A stretch of 63,991 nucleotides of DNA, the filler included, from Octopus bimaculoides (lineage: Eukaryota), in the NCBI RefSeq assembly GCF_001194135.2. It is 6 parts of 5 records of this genome, joined end to end, with 100 filler letters (N's around TTAATTAATTAA, not from the genome) between each part and the next. Parts side by side here need not be neighbours in the genome. Positions count along the whole stretch, not along the records: positions 22,948 to 50,779 come from NC_068987.1; 5 more parts are not named here. One strand, given 5' to 3'. Below, one piece after another: positions 27,009 to 39,051 of the stretch. Position numbers and translations under genes: made by a program. Positions within the stretch are counted from its first letter, which is position 1. Every line of letters begins with the position of its first letter. The notes beneath the pieces were generated by a model. That model had not been told where the DNA came from. It saw nothing but the letters and a program-made list of their open reading frames with translations, and did not search any database.

Positions 27009-28100
27009 TTTCGTAAATTATTGAAATAAGTGCTAGTTATTGCTGTTGCTGTTTTTGGTGCTGCTCGTGCTATTGTAGCTGTCTATCCCCAAATCATACC
27101 TGATACAGTAGATATACAAAGGAATTCAGGCTGTGTACACCTCATCCATTTTCTTTCTTTCAGGAAAACGATACCCAGTCTACATTATTCAATGTGTACC
27201 TTTTTCCTGATGTTATGCATAGAAGGGTTTTCGAATAATTGTGACTAATGCACTTGAACGCATTCAATGCGCTGCACCATTTTCCTTCCTTCAACAAGTA
27301 ACTAAGAAACGGATATGATGCTAGCTGTAGATAATTACTTGACAAGATCCTTTGGTCTATTTAGATGCATCTCTCTATTCAGATACATCACGTGTTATGA
27401 ACACACATTGTTTTAAGAGAGGTGTTTTCCGATTACGAAAAACACCCGCGATCAGGTATTCACGTTTGAACCTGCCAAAACGTATCAAGAATTAATAGGT
27501 ACGCTATTGTCTAGACTCTCATCGTTCTGCATACTCCTTATGAATTATAAGGTTATTGCTCGATAAATCTCATATGATGATTAGATATTATTAATTTTGT
27601 TCTTTACCTTTTCTTCATCCATATAATACTGTTTCCTTGCAGTTTCAAGTGTTACTGCTTCATGGTGGATGTTCTGCTGGGTCACGAACGGAGAAGCCAG
27701 AAGAAATGCCGATGCGTTAACTATTCTGCCAGCAAACCGCCTTTGTCAGTTTTATAATAAGACTAAATCATGCTTACACTAGATTTATTAACAACGAGAA
27801 AGAGAAATGAATTTATGCCTAAATAACTAAGTAAATAATTTGTAGACATAATCTACTTTCCATTTGTTGAAGCGTAAAACAAACTTGTTATTGGGTGTTA
27901 TACAAAGTCAGAATTTCATGTTTGTGATGTTACGGTTTACAACGCAAATATATCTGTGAGGCTAATTGACGCAAGTATAGCTTTATGGTTAAGAATATCA
28001 CATAGAAACTATTCGGTTCCAGGTTCAATCCCACCGCGCGGTACCTTGATGAAGTGTCCTTTACTGTCACCTTCGGTCAATCCAGTATTCTAAATAGAAT

Positions 28101-28228
28101 CAGTGGCGTAACTAATAGAGGAGCAAGGAGAGCGACGCTACCCCTGAGTATATTTTTCATAATTCCCACCTTTTCAACAATTTTTTAAAAACTCTTTAGT
28201 TCACTTGTACAACGACCCCCCGCCACTG
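28101..28228. mobile_element. Possible hAT-like MITE remnant
   Basis: 8-bp terminal inverted repeats CAGTGGCG...CGCCACTG; no intact 8-bp TSD. Confidence 0.35.
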
Positions 28229-28329
28229 CTTTTTTTTTTGTTGTTATTCGCATGGCCTTGGAAAACTTTCTGAAGTCCTTACTTTATTTGACCAGCCTCC
28301 ATGTTTTCGAACTGTCTGCTCAATCCCCT

Positions 28330-28331
28330 GT

Positions 28332-28376
<45 letters not shown>

Positions 28377-28472
28377 TCCCCCCAACATCACTTGACAACC
28401 GATGCTAGTTTGTTTACGTCCCCGTATCTTAGCGGTTCGGCAAAATAAATCGATAGAATAAGTACTAGGCTT
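28330..28472 (+). mobile_element. SINE family A central fragment
   Basis: (TG)n then tttgtccccccaacatcacttgacaaccgatgct...agcggttcggcaaaa...gatagaataagtactaggctt. Confidence 0.85.
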
Positions 28473-28735
28473 GCCCCTGATTTCTGCTGTGGTTGCTGCC
28501 TCCCGTTCACCAATCGTTTGAGGGCTGTTCTGGTAAGCATTATCCTTGAGATATCTCAACAGATGAAAATCTGGGAGCGGGGTTCAAGTTCGGTGAATGC
28601 GATACCCACTCAACGTCACACTTCCTGCTGATCAGTCTCTCCTGAAATCACTCTCTCAGCCAGGCTTGGGAGTCATTTGATGTGTGGAGGTTGGCCCCGT
28701 CTTGCTGGAACCAATGTTCATCTCGATCTATTCCT
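28473..28735 (-). mobile_element. IS630-Tc1-mariner transposase remnant, DD41D (rosa-like) type
   Basis: DEHWFQQDGANLHTSNDSQAWLRE*FQERLISRKCDVEWVSHSPNLNP / PDFHLLRYLKDNAYQNSPQTI; about 41 residues between QQD and PD. Confidence 0.8.
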
Positions 28736-29488
28736 CTGCGTCGTTTTATTCAAAGATTTGTAGGTTCAGTTTTTTGGTGGTGGGGGGTCATCTAGTTTGT
28801 ATGTATGTATGTATGTATGTGAGAGAGAAGCAGTAAAAAGAAGAGGGGCGACCAGTGACTCGAAAATGATTGATGAGATCTAAGTTGTAAAGTGATAGAT
28901 AAACTGACATCATTGCATTAATTAGTTTGTATGCTCCCGTAATATTATGATATATTTCAATAATGAAGTTAAGTAACGGACTGCAGTATTTATTTTCATT
29001 AGTCTATCAATCAGTGATATAATCGTAGATCCATATAACTAGCTTTAGGTATGGATGCTGTCAAATGCTATTTAACAGAAAGCAGTTTTGAGTATTTTAC
29101 ATATATATCATCAATGAATATTATATGCGTCGTTCATAGGTTTCAGTTATTACATTATGTTCAATCAATTATTTATAAACAATGAAACAGTTTAGCAAAC
29201 ATGAGGTAAATTGCAAGTGAAGTTGAGAGCATTCGAGGTTAGATTCAAATAGAAATATAGAAACGAAATACAGCTTCTGTTCTTTATCTACTCGTAGTGG
29301 CTACTTCGAATTAGAGAGGCAGATATTTAATAACTCAACAAGCTTCAATGTAACAGGAAGTCTGACAATCGGATGACCTCAATGGCGATAATGAATCCAA
29401 ATGGTGCACTGAGATAAATTCTACAAATCATCATGTTTTCATATGTGTAATCGTGTTCAGGATGACCAAAGATTTTCTACAATTTATA

Positions 29489-29858
29489 GGCGCAGACATG
29501 GTTGTGTGGTTAAAAAGCTTGCTTTGCTACCACGCGGTTTCGAGTTCAGTCCTACTGCACAGCACTTTGTGTGTCTTCTACTATAGTTCCGGATTGACCA
29601 ATGCTTTATGAATAAATTTGGTAAACAGAATCTGTGTGGTAGCTCGTCATACATACATATGTGTATGCGTGTGTGATGTCGGGTTATTTACTTCACCGTA
29701 ACTTAGCCGTTTGACAATGGAAATAGATAAATTAAGTAGCAGCCATTAAAAAAATATATGTACTGGGGTCTGTTTGTTTGATTAAAAACCATACCCTTCA
29801 ATACAGTACCCCAGCGTGACAACAGTTCAGTGACAGAAACAAAGGAACGATAAAAGAA
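29489..29858 (+). mobile_element. Diverged full-length SINE family A
   Basis: Head ggcgcagacatggttgtgtggttaaaaagcttgc...gagttcagtcctactgc, and tail ccccagcgtgacaacagttcagtgacagaaac. Confidence 0.75.
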
Positions 29859-29964
29859 TCGAAATCTTTAATCGTGAATTGGTAGCGTTTCCAAGCCAAA
29901 CTCACTTTAATGTACAGACTATTGCTAGTTTTCTCTTCAGATTTTCCTTTTACACTCTGACCTT

Positions 29965-30192
29965 TTCTCATTATATACTGATTTCAAATTTTGGCACAAG
30001 ACAAGCAACTTTAGGGCAGATGGTAAGTCAATTACATCGTCTGCAGTGTTTAACTGATACTTATTTTATCGGCCCCGAAACGATGAAAGGCAAACTCGAC
30101 CACGATGGAATTTGAACACAGAACGTAAAAACGGGCGAAATGTCGCTAAACATTTTGCCCGCTGTATTAACGATTATGCGAGCTTTCCGCCT
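29965..30192 (-). mobile_element. SINE family B
   Basis: tttcaaattttggcacaag...tacttattttatcggccccgaaacgatgaaaggcaaactcgacc...aaacattttgcccgctgtattaacgatt. Confidence 0.75.
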
Positions 30193-30254
30193 TATTTCCT
30201 AATTATATATTGAATACATAAAGTAAAAAATAAATTATTTATTATTTTAAAATA

Positions 30255-30702
30255 GGGGCAAGCATGACTGCATTGTTAAAACATTCACTTTGCAACCACG
30301 TGGCTTCGGGTTCCATCCCGCGACGCAACACCTTAGACAAGTGTCTTCTGCTATAACCCCGGGCTGACTGATGCCTTACGAATGAATTTGGTAGACGAAA
30401 ACAATGTGGAAACCTGACGTACATGCATGCACACACACACACACATACACACACACACATGCATGTATATGTGTGCGCGTGTCTCTGTGCTTGCGTTTGT
30501 CCCCTACAAACACAAAGAGATTAACAACAGGTGTTGGTTAACTTACGTGCCCGTAACTTAGCGGTTCGATAAAAGACTGAGTAAGAATAAATTACCAGAG
30601 TTAAAAAAATAAGAACATGGGTCGATCTGTTCAACTAAAATCATTCAATCCGGTGCCCCAGCATGGCCGCAATCCAATGACTAACACAAGTAAACGGCAA
30701 AG
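30255..30702 (+). mobile_element. Diverged full-length SINE family A
   Basis: gggttccatcccgcg...ccttagacaagtgtcttctgctata; internal (CA)/(TG); cccgtaacttagcggttcg; ccccagcatggccgcaatccaatgact. Confidence 0.75.
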
Positions 30703-31440
30703 CATTTAAAAAGGTTGTTGAACTATCAAAAAAATATACAATATTCGTTCACAACGTTATTTGCTAATTTTAGCATGGTCTAATTTTATGACTGTTAATA
30801 TATGCATTAACACACACACACATATATATGATTAGAAGGCTCAGATATATTCGGTAAAGAAATATAGAAATAAAAACTATATAATATTGTCGTTGCGTTA
30901 CGATAGTTTATATTGAGGAAAAACTAAGAAAGCAACGAAATGTGTAGGACGATAGAGTACGGCCTTCTGTCATGCGTAAATTTTTCTGATTGTTAGAATA
31001 GTTTAACACACACACACACACAATTCCTAGATCTACTTTCAACTACAGTATCGGGATTATTGGCTTAAGATCAATTACAAAATCCCCTGTTAATGTCTGT
31101 GAAAACGCAAGAACCCGCGTACGCACCTACGCGTACTAACAACTCACAAACATTTTCAACAACGCCCGAGAAGACATTTTTGACTGGTTGATGTAATTAA
31201 AATCATTCCTACACGTAAAGCCTATTAGAATGGTAATATTGAATAATTTTGTTTGTTTGTTTTTTCTGTTTGTTTTATTTTCAGATATTTGCATTGAGCA
31301 CTTGCGAAACAAACATGACGAACTGCATAAGATTTCATTGATAAGCTACAGTGTTTTTTTTCTTTTTCTTTTTAGATTTAATTATTTAATTATTTAGTTT
31401 ATTTTTTCAGAAAACAGAAAACGTTGAAATTTCGAATGAT

Positions 31441-31479
<39 letters not shown>

Positions 31480-31705
31480 TTCATCATTACCGTCGTCATC
31501 ATCATCATCATGATCATTAACGTCGTCATCATCTTCGTCATCATCATCATCATCATCGNNNNNNNNNNNNNNNNNNNNNNNNNNNNNNNNNNNNNNNNNN
31601 NNNNNNNNNNNNNNNNNNNNNNNNNNNNNNNNNNNNNCCACCACCACCACCACCACCACCACCACCACCACCCAAAATTGCTACCGTTGTGGCAAAATTT
31701 GAAAC

Positions 31706-31737
<32 letters not shown>

Positions 31738-31738
<1 letters not shown>

Positions 31739-31970
31739 CATTGAGTGAGAGAGCAATGCATGCCATCAAAGCGACACTGGGGTAAAATATACGAAGCCCA
31801 GTATACCCATCATGACTACCCGTCTGATAAGGGTACACCAGGCACATGCATCACAATCGTATGTGCGTGACATGGTTATCTCATATCAAGATAAACAGCG
31901 CATGACCTTGCAGGTGGGGCCCAGTTAGATTTTCTTGAGGTCGAGTAGCCCCTTCCCACTCAAAAGTTCC
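31738..31970 (-). mobile_element. Unclassified retroposed repeat with (TAA)n tail, flanked by (TTA)n on both sides
   Basis: Complex unique-looking block between two (TTA)n arrays; the minus-strand end ...gcattgctctctcactcaatgataataat runs into (AAT)n. Family assignment is uncertain. Confidence 0.5.
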
Positions 31971-32026
<56 letters not shown>

Positions 32027-32027
32027 T

Positions 32028-32440
32028 TGGTTTTGCTCAGGTTCGGTCTTATTCTTGGTAGGATTTATGTGGGTAGCGTGTTTCTAATTGTAACCGTAGG
32101 TATCCACAAGTTTTCAGCAGTCTTTCAAGTGCTTAGAACTCTTCTGATAATCTTTGCTGTCCCCAAGAGACAAACTTTCTGATGGAGCTCAACCGGGCAT
32201 TCTATTTCAATCCCCTTCGGCCATTTGTTTATATCTTGGCTTATTGTTTCCAACGCACCAATTATTATAGGTACGACCTTTACTACTCGCATTCTCCAAA
32301 TTCTTCCTATTTCAGATTTTAAGGGATTGTATTTTATTTTTGTTTTTCTTCTTCTTTCTTTACGATCCTGGAATCAAATAGGCATGATGTTGTCGATAAG
32401 TAAGCAACTTCGCTTTTCCTTATCTATAATTGTTATATCA
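32028..32440 (-). mobile_element. R4/Dong-like element copy 1 (REL endonuclease C-terminus and 3' UTR)
   Basis: DITIIDKEKRSCLLID...KYNPLKSEIGRIWRMRVVKVVPIIIGALETISQDINKWPKGIEIECPVELHQKVCLLGTAKIIRRVLST*. The 3' UTR abuts (TAA)n at 31975-32026. Confidence 0.8.
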
Positions 32441-32455
32441 TTATTATTATTATTT

Positions 32456-32816
32456 TCATATACACACAACAGATTAGACTGTTGGAAAAGAAAACAATCC
32501 TAACATCGGGATACAAGTAGACTTAGATGCCAAGAACCCTCCTAAGTATCCTAATTGTCCCTAATAACACTGTTTTCTGCCGCTGTACTAAAATGGGTCT
32601 TATGCCTATTTCCTCTATCCATCAGTTCAGACCTTTAGGGATAGTTCCCAATGCACCTAAAACTACTGGGATACATTTTACCCAGACTTTCCATAGTCTC
32701 TGTAATTCAATAGTTAGGTCCTGGTACTTTGCTATTTTTTTCTATACTTCTCATATTCATTTTTTCATCATTTGGGACTATAAAGTTAATTATCTGGCAC
32801 TTCCTATATTCTTTAT

Positions 32817-32870
<54 letters not shown>

Positions 32871-32871
32871 T

Positions 32872-32925
<54 letters not shown>

Positions 32926-33615
32926 CAAATCAGGCCTTCTAGCTTTTTCTTACTCTGTCAGTCTGAATGTTAAAGTCCTACAACATCTTGTATTTCTTAC
33001 ATTCTATCACTTTAGTTTGTTCATGTTCATACCATTTATCAGTATGTTCGAATCCTAGCTTTCTTTCTACATAGTTTCCAGTGGATTGTTCTCCCTAGAT
33101 TGTCATGTCTTTTCTTCTATTCTTTTTATACCAGCATGCTACATTCACTTACTATATGAGTAACGCTTTCCTCTTTTGATTTGCTTAATCTACATTGAGA
33201 ATCTACTCGATTTTTGTCTATCTTGGCTTTTATACAATTAGTCCTTAATGCTTGATCTTGTGAAGTTACAAACAAACTTTCTGTCTCCCTCTTCAGCTTC
33301 CATAACCATGTCTTACTATTACTATTTGCTGAAACTACCTTTGCGAGTCGACCTGCCAGTCAGATAATTTCTGTTCTTTTTTCTGATTTTTAAGTTCGTT
33401 TGGTGTTTTGGCTCCCTTATGTCTTGCTGTGACTCTAGCAGCTTTTAATAAACTTTCTTTCACTATTACCTACATAGGAGTCTATATCTACTCTAGCTAA
33501 CTCCACGCAGTCTTCTACTGATATTAAGCCTCTTCCATCTTCCCTTCTAGGTAGGTATAATATTGTTAATCCTGCCCTTAGGTGGAGTCTTCCATTCATA
33601 TTGGATTCCTTATTG
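32456..33615 (-). mobile_element. R4/Dong-like element copy 2 (RT thumb, CCHC knuckle, REL endonuclease, 3' UTR)
   Basis: MNGRLHLRAGLTILYLPRREDGRGLISVEDCVE; ETESLFVTSQDQALRTN; QCRLSKSKEESVTHIVSEC...KKRHDNLGRTIHWKLC; RRPDL(V)nDKEYRKCQII; EKIAKYQDLTIELQRLWK..CIPVVLGALGTIP..QKTVLLGTIRILRRVLGI*. (TAA)n at both ends. Confidence 0.9.
32820..32925. repeat. (TAC)n/(GTA)n microsatellite embedded in frame in the REL endonuclease of copy 2
   Basis: Minus strand reads AGA AGG CCT GAT TTG (GTA)n...GTG GAT AAA GAA, with 36 codons between L and D. Confidence 0.95.
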
Positions 33616-33630
33616 AATTATTATTATTAT

Positions 33631-33833
33631 TTGGCAGAAATCGTTGGTACGCCGGGCAAAATACTTAACAGCATTTCGTTTATCTCTATGTTCTGAGTCC
33701 AAATTTTGCCGAAGTCGAGTTTACCTTTCATCCTTTCGGGGCGGATAAAATAAGTACCAGTTGAGCACTGGGGTTGAGGTAATCGACCTACTCTCTCCCC
33801 GTAAATTGCTAGCCTTGTGCCAAAATTTGAAAT
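33631..33833 (+). mobile_element. SINE family B
   Basis: ttggcagaaatcgttggtacgccgggcaaaatacttaac...cctttcatcctttcgggg...ccttgtgccaaaatttgaaa. Confidence 0.85.
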
Positions 33834-33853
33834 CATCATCATCATCATCATCA

Positions 33854-33908
<55 letters not shown>

Positions 33909-34624
33909 TGTTACTACTGAATTTTGCCTTATCTCGTTGTGTACCCTTCAAATATTTTTAAGCTGTGACGCTGTCACTAATATATGACAAGGAATTAATA
34001 AAACAAACACTGAAAGCTACTAGAGAGCTTTTCATCTTCCAACTGAAACAGCAGATGATATCTGGTCTTTGATGAGAAACTGCAGCTGTATAAAAACAAA
34101 TACTGTCTGATTTTATTATTCGGCTTTGAATAACATTCCGACTAATGAGTTTATATTGTGTGTGTGTGGTTGTGATGTCTACGATACTGGAATAGAATGC
34201 AGGATATTTACTGTATTGATTTAAGTAACTGGTCGTTGTGAGGTCAATTCCTGCTGTCATTGATTTTTGCATTTTATCAATCCAGAATCGATAAACTAAG
34301 TATTTGCATTTTTTTTTTTAACGTTGTGGTGACATCAACGATTGTTATCTATTTATGGTTAGTTGATGGGGGCCGATGAGGATTAGTAGACCTTTGAGGA
34401 CAGTGAATCTCAGGAAAATAAATGTGCCTCGGTTTTTTTTTTTTTTAAACAAAGTAGGAATAGCGTGTACTTTAAGAAACAACTGAAGTCGTGAATATGG
34501 AACAATGCATTTCCAACAGACAATAAAATCGTAAAGTATAAGTGAAAATCCGCATATGGTGTAAACTATATAAGAATAAATTAATAATGTACTTATTTGT
34601 TGCATGTGTAATGATTATTACTGC

Positions 34625-34656
<32 letters not shown>

Positions 34657-34884
34657 CAGCAAGCTGACAGGATCGTTCGCCTTAATCGATTTCGACGTTT
34701 ATCCGAGTCGCATCAGAAGTATTTTCATCACTTAACCTAGACTGGAGAAAGCAGTAGGCAACTTATTTATACACACATGAAATCTGGTTGCTGCAGAGAA
34801 GAGGAGTCACTAATTTGCATGCAAAAATTGTTGAACAATTTTTTTTTTTAAATACAAGTGACCTGTCAGTCATTACTGCAAGGA

Positions 34885-35065
34885 GAAAAGTGCTTTGCGG
34901 CATTTCTTCCGATTTTACGTTCTGAGTTCAAATACCGCCGGAGTCAACTTTGCCTTTTATCTTTCCCGAGTCTTTAAAATAAGTACCCGTTGAACACTGG
35001 GGTTGATGTAATCGACTTATTCCCTCCCCATGAAATTACCGGTCTTGAACTAAAATTTGAAATTA
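34885..35065 (+). mobile_element. SINE family B (5' eroded)
   Basis: ttacgttctgagttcaaataccgccggagtcaactttgcctttt...aataagtacc...ctggggttgatgtaatcgactta. Confidence 0.8.
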
Positions 35066-35744
35066 ATATAAAAGGCTTGTGAGATCATTGTGGCTGATCA
35101 TTACAGATTATGTGACCTAACATTCATTTTATCTTTAAAGAGTTTACTTATTACAGTGAGATGTTATTGCTTTAACGTAGGATTGTTTCCCTGGTAACAA
35201 TTGTGTCATTTATCTCGTTGAAGAAAACTATCAAGGTGGAATGGGTGCGTTATTTGTTTGCATAGAATCAGGCCGTGTCTGGCGTGGGATTTTTATGCTC
35301 TGTACATGACAGACGTGTAAGGAAGATAAAAGAGAAGAAAAGCGCGGTTTCGCCTAATACTTTGTTACAAGATCTGAAAATGTGTTTTGTCTGGAAGTCG
35401 AGAGATCTATATCAAATGTCCACTTTGGAGTGAACCTAACTTTCTTAAGTCTGCGAAGACTGTACAGCAGCGACTACGGTGTAATATATTCGAAATATAT
35501 ATCGTATATCGTGGAATATTTCCGAATTACGACCAACAAAGTCGGACGTTTGACTCTTATAAATCCATTTAGAAAAGCGCTAAGTTGCGACATTGCACAC
35601 ACACACACACACTCACACACACACACATACACACACACGGATTGCGCGCATAAATATACATTCGAATATGTGTGTGTGTGTGTTTGTGTGTATTCGAGTG
35701 TAAATATATGTAAATGCATGTATGTGTGTGTGTGTGTATTCGAA

Positions 35745-35790
<46 letters not shown>

Positions 35791-36694
35791 NNNNNNNNNN
35801 NNNNNNNNNNNNNNNNNNNNNNNNNNNNNNNNNNNNNNNNNNNNNNNNNNNNNNNNNNNNNNNNNNNNNNNNNNNNNNNNNNNNNNNNNNNNNNNNNNNN
35901 NNNNNNNNNNNNNNNNNNNNNNNNNNNNNNNNNNNNNNNNNNNNNNNNNNNNNNNNNNNNNNNNNNNNNNNNNNNNNNNNNNNNNNNNNNNNNNNNNNNN
36001 NNNNNNNNNNNNNNNNNNNNNNNNNNNNNNNNNNNNNNNNNNNNNNNNNNNNNNNNNNNNNNNNNNNNNNNNNNNNNNNNNNNNNNNNNNNNNNNNNNNN
36101 NNNNNNNNNNNNNNNNNNNNNNNNNNNNNNNNNNNNNNNNNNNNNNNNNNNNNNNNNNNNNNNNNNNNNNNNNNNNNNNNNNNNNNNNNNNNNNNNNNNN
36201 NNNNNNNNNNNNNNNNNNNNNNNNNNNNNNNNNNNNNNNNNNNNNNNNNNNNNNNNNNNNNNNNNNNNNNNNNNNNNNNNNNNNNNNNNNNNNNNNNNNN
36301 NNNNNNNNNNNNNNNNNNNNNNNNNNNNNNNNNNNNNNNNNNNNNNNNNNNNNNNNNNNNNNNNNNNNNNNNNNNNNNNNNNNNNNNNNNNNNNNNNNNN
36401 NNNNNNNNNNNNNNNNNNNNNNNNNNNNNNNNNNNNNNNNNNNNNNNNNNNNNNNNNNNNNNNNNNNNNNNNNNNNNNNNNNNNNNNNNNNNNNNNNNNN
36501 NNNNNNNNNNNNNNNNNNNNNNNNNNNNNNNNNNNNNNNNNNNNNNNNNNNNNNNNNNNNNNNNNNNNNNNNNNNNNNNNNNNNNNNNNNNNNNNNNNNN
36601 NNNNNNNNNNNNNNNNNNNNNNNNNNNNNNNNNNNNNNNNNNNNNNNNNNNNNNNNNNNNNNNNNNNNNNNNNNNNNNNNNNNNNNNNNNNNNN

Positions 36695-36751
<57 letters not shown>

Positions 36752-36755
<4 letters not shown>

Positions 36756-36916
36756 TATGCGACGGGCTTTTTTCAGTTTACGTCCACCAAATTTACTTAC
36801 AAGGCTTTAGTCGTCCCGAGACTATAGTAGAATACACTTGCTTAAGATGCCAAACATTTAGACTGAACCCGAAACCAAGTGGTTGGGAAGCAAGCTTCTT
36901 ACCACACAGTCACGCC
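36752..36916 (-). mobile_element. SINE family A 5' half (remainder probably in the adjacent gap)
   Basis: cgacgggctttttcagttt...aaggctttagtcgtcccgagactatagtagaa...ctgaacccgaaacca...ttaccacacagtcac. Confidence 0.8.
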
Positions 36917-37109
36917 AGAGCCTTCAAATAATCCATAAATGCTTTTATAAAAACGTACCAGTTAAACACTGGGGATCGAGGTAATCGCTCATCCTTTCCC
37001 CAGCACTTGCTGGCCTTGTGCCAAAATTTGATATCAATATTTATTCATGAAATATAAACAAATTCTAATTTGTTGCTCAATTACGCCGTAACTATAATAA
37101 ATAACCAGT

Positions 37110-37323
37110 GGTTTCAAATTTTGGCGCAAGGCCCGCAATTTCAGAGAAGGGTGTAAGTCGATGACATCGACCCTAATGCTCAATTGGTCCTTATTTTATT
37201 GTTCTCGAAAGGATGAAAGGTAAAGTCGGCCTCGACAGAATTTGAACTGGGAATGTAAAGACGGACGAAATGCCGGTTGGCATTTTGCTCAGCGTGCTAA
37301 CGATTCTTCTGGTTCACCGCCTT
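37110..37323 (-). mobile_element. SINE family B
   Basis: gtttcaaattttggcgcaagg...gaaaggatgaaaggtaaagtcggcctcg...agcgtgctaacgattc...tcaccgcctt. Confidence 0.85.
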
Positions 37324-38600
37324 ATAGCAAATAAATATTAACGAACAGTCCCATATGTATAAGAAAGTAGTGTACGAAAAGATCGACAGTCATAAACTAA
37401 TAAGCAGTTAACGTCCAAATATACTTAGTTGTATCCCCCATCTGGTTCTGGCGATTCTATAATTATTCCCTACTCTTTTGAGTCTGCAAGCTGTGCACCA
37501 CTACTTTACAACTTTGGCTGAATCCACCGCCTCTCACTGTTCCTTATGTATCTCACATAGTATTAAATCGCGCTAAACACTTCATCCGAAAACCTTCTAT
37601 TTTCAGAATCTTTCAAGCTGTAAAGCAACCGAATTGAACGCAACGGTCTGGAAGAATTCGTTGAGTTTATTGGTAATAACACTGTCGACTTTAGCGAAAC
37701 GGTACGTACTAATAACGAGGTGGTAGAGCTCACGGTTGTAAAAATCGATACTATGGTAAAATTAAGTTCTAACATTGGCAAAATCCCATATTTGCATAAG
37801 GAATCGGTGTAGTCGATTAAATTGTTCTCAGTACCTGATTCAGAGCTTATAAAATTTCAAGCAGATGGAAGTAAAATTTTACACTGCTTTTCTTTAGAAT
37901 GTTCCACTCCACTCGTCAGAATGACAATATTTTTCAAGAGAAGAATATGTGAGTGTTAGGCTATCATACCGTACCTGGAACATATACATATCCTATAGAG
38001 AAAATAGCACAGACGTGTAGGATGGTTTTCCCCTTTAAAATATTTGAAATTCTGTAAATGCTACTGGAACCATGAGGTGCTTTTGAAGCTTTGACGTGTC
38101 TTGTTTTACATCCTGCAAAGTGTCCAAAATTCTTCTTTCCCACCAAGCAAGATTGGTGGGGTTGCCAGTTTAGTCATCGACGCCTCGACCATGTAATAGG
38201 TTGTAATAGGTTACAAGGTTACATGTTACTAGTAGCGCAAGAGCGACCCTGACATGATTATAACTTATTATGACCTGATATAGTAACTATACATATATAA
38301 ATATATTGGAGGGAATTACATATATATAAAGATTTCACATCTTTCCTATAGTTACTACTATGGAAGACTGGTAAGATTATTATTTCTATGGACTTAGACA
38401 TTGGTCGCTATTTAGTATTTAATTTAGTTATTGCAGGTTTACTATTAATACCGATACAGATGTACATAGGTTTATGTGTTTCTTTGTTATAATTTAATAT
38501 CAAAGTTAATTTTATGATTATATTTGTATAAAATTCAAATATAATCATAAAATTATTTTATCTCCGACAAGAAACATCTAACCAAGGACAGTTCCTTTTT

Positions 38601-38640
38601 AACCCTGAAGAAGGGACTTGTATATCCCGAAATATTGGAT
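38601..38640 (+). ncRNA. Degenerate minimal type-I hammerhead-ribozyme-like motif
   Basis: CTGAAGA-A-GGGA[cttgtata]TCCC-GAAA-TATT; helix I is only weakly supported (aacc/ggat). Confidence 0.45.
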
Positions 38641-39010
38641 ACACATAAGACCAAAGATTACCAGGTAACTTACTTTTAGTTTTACGTTACCTCATCTTAA
38701 AATCTATTTGCACTGTTTGGTCTTTTACATCTTTCAACATTATATTCAATATACAATGCTTCAAGCAAACTATATAGTCTTTCATTTATATATATATATA
38801 TATATATNNNNNNNNNNNNNNNNNNNNNNNNNNNNNNNNNNNNNNNNNNNNNNNNNNNNNNNNNNNNNNNNNNNNNNNNNNNNNNNNNNNNNNNNNNNNN
38901 NNNNNNNNNNNNNNNNNNNNNNNNNNNNNNNNNNNNNNNNNNNNNNNNNNNNNNNNNNNNNNNNNNNNNNNNNNNNNNNNNNNNNNNNNNNNNNNNNNNN
39001 NNNNNNNNNN

Positions 39011-39051
<41 letters not shown>

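Noticed and set aside
31316-31327. KHDEL ER-retention signal
   Set aside because: Not C-terminal: followed by CAT AAG, not a stop.
32225-32973. Hydrophobic plus-strand ORFs of 92 and 148 aa
   Set aside because: Antisense shadows of the Dong-like elements on the minus strand.
35382-36931. 360-480 aa ORFs
   Set aside because: Mostly X from a ~900-bp N gap plus (TA)/(CA) repeats; the same holds for ORFs at 2790, 4622, 12359, 17691, 38708, 58023 and 61720.
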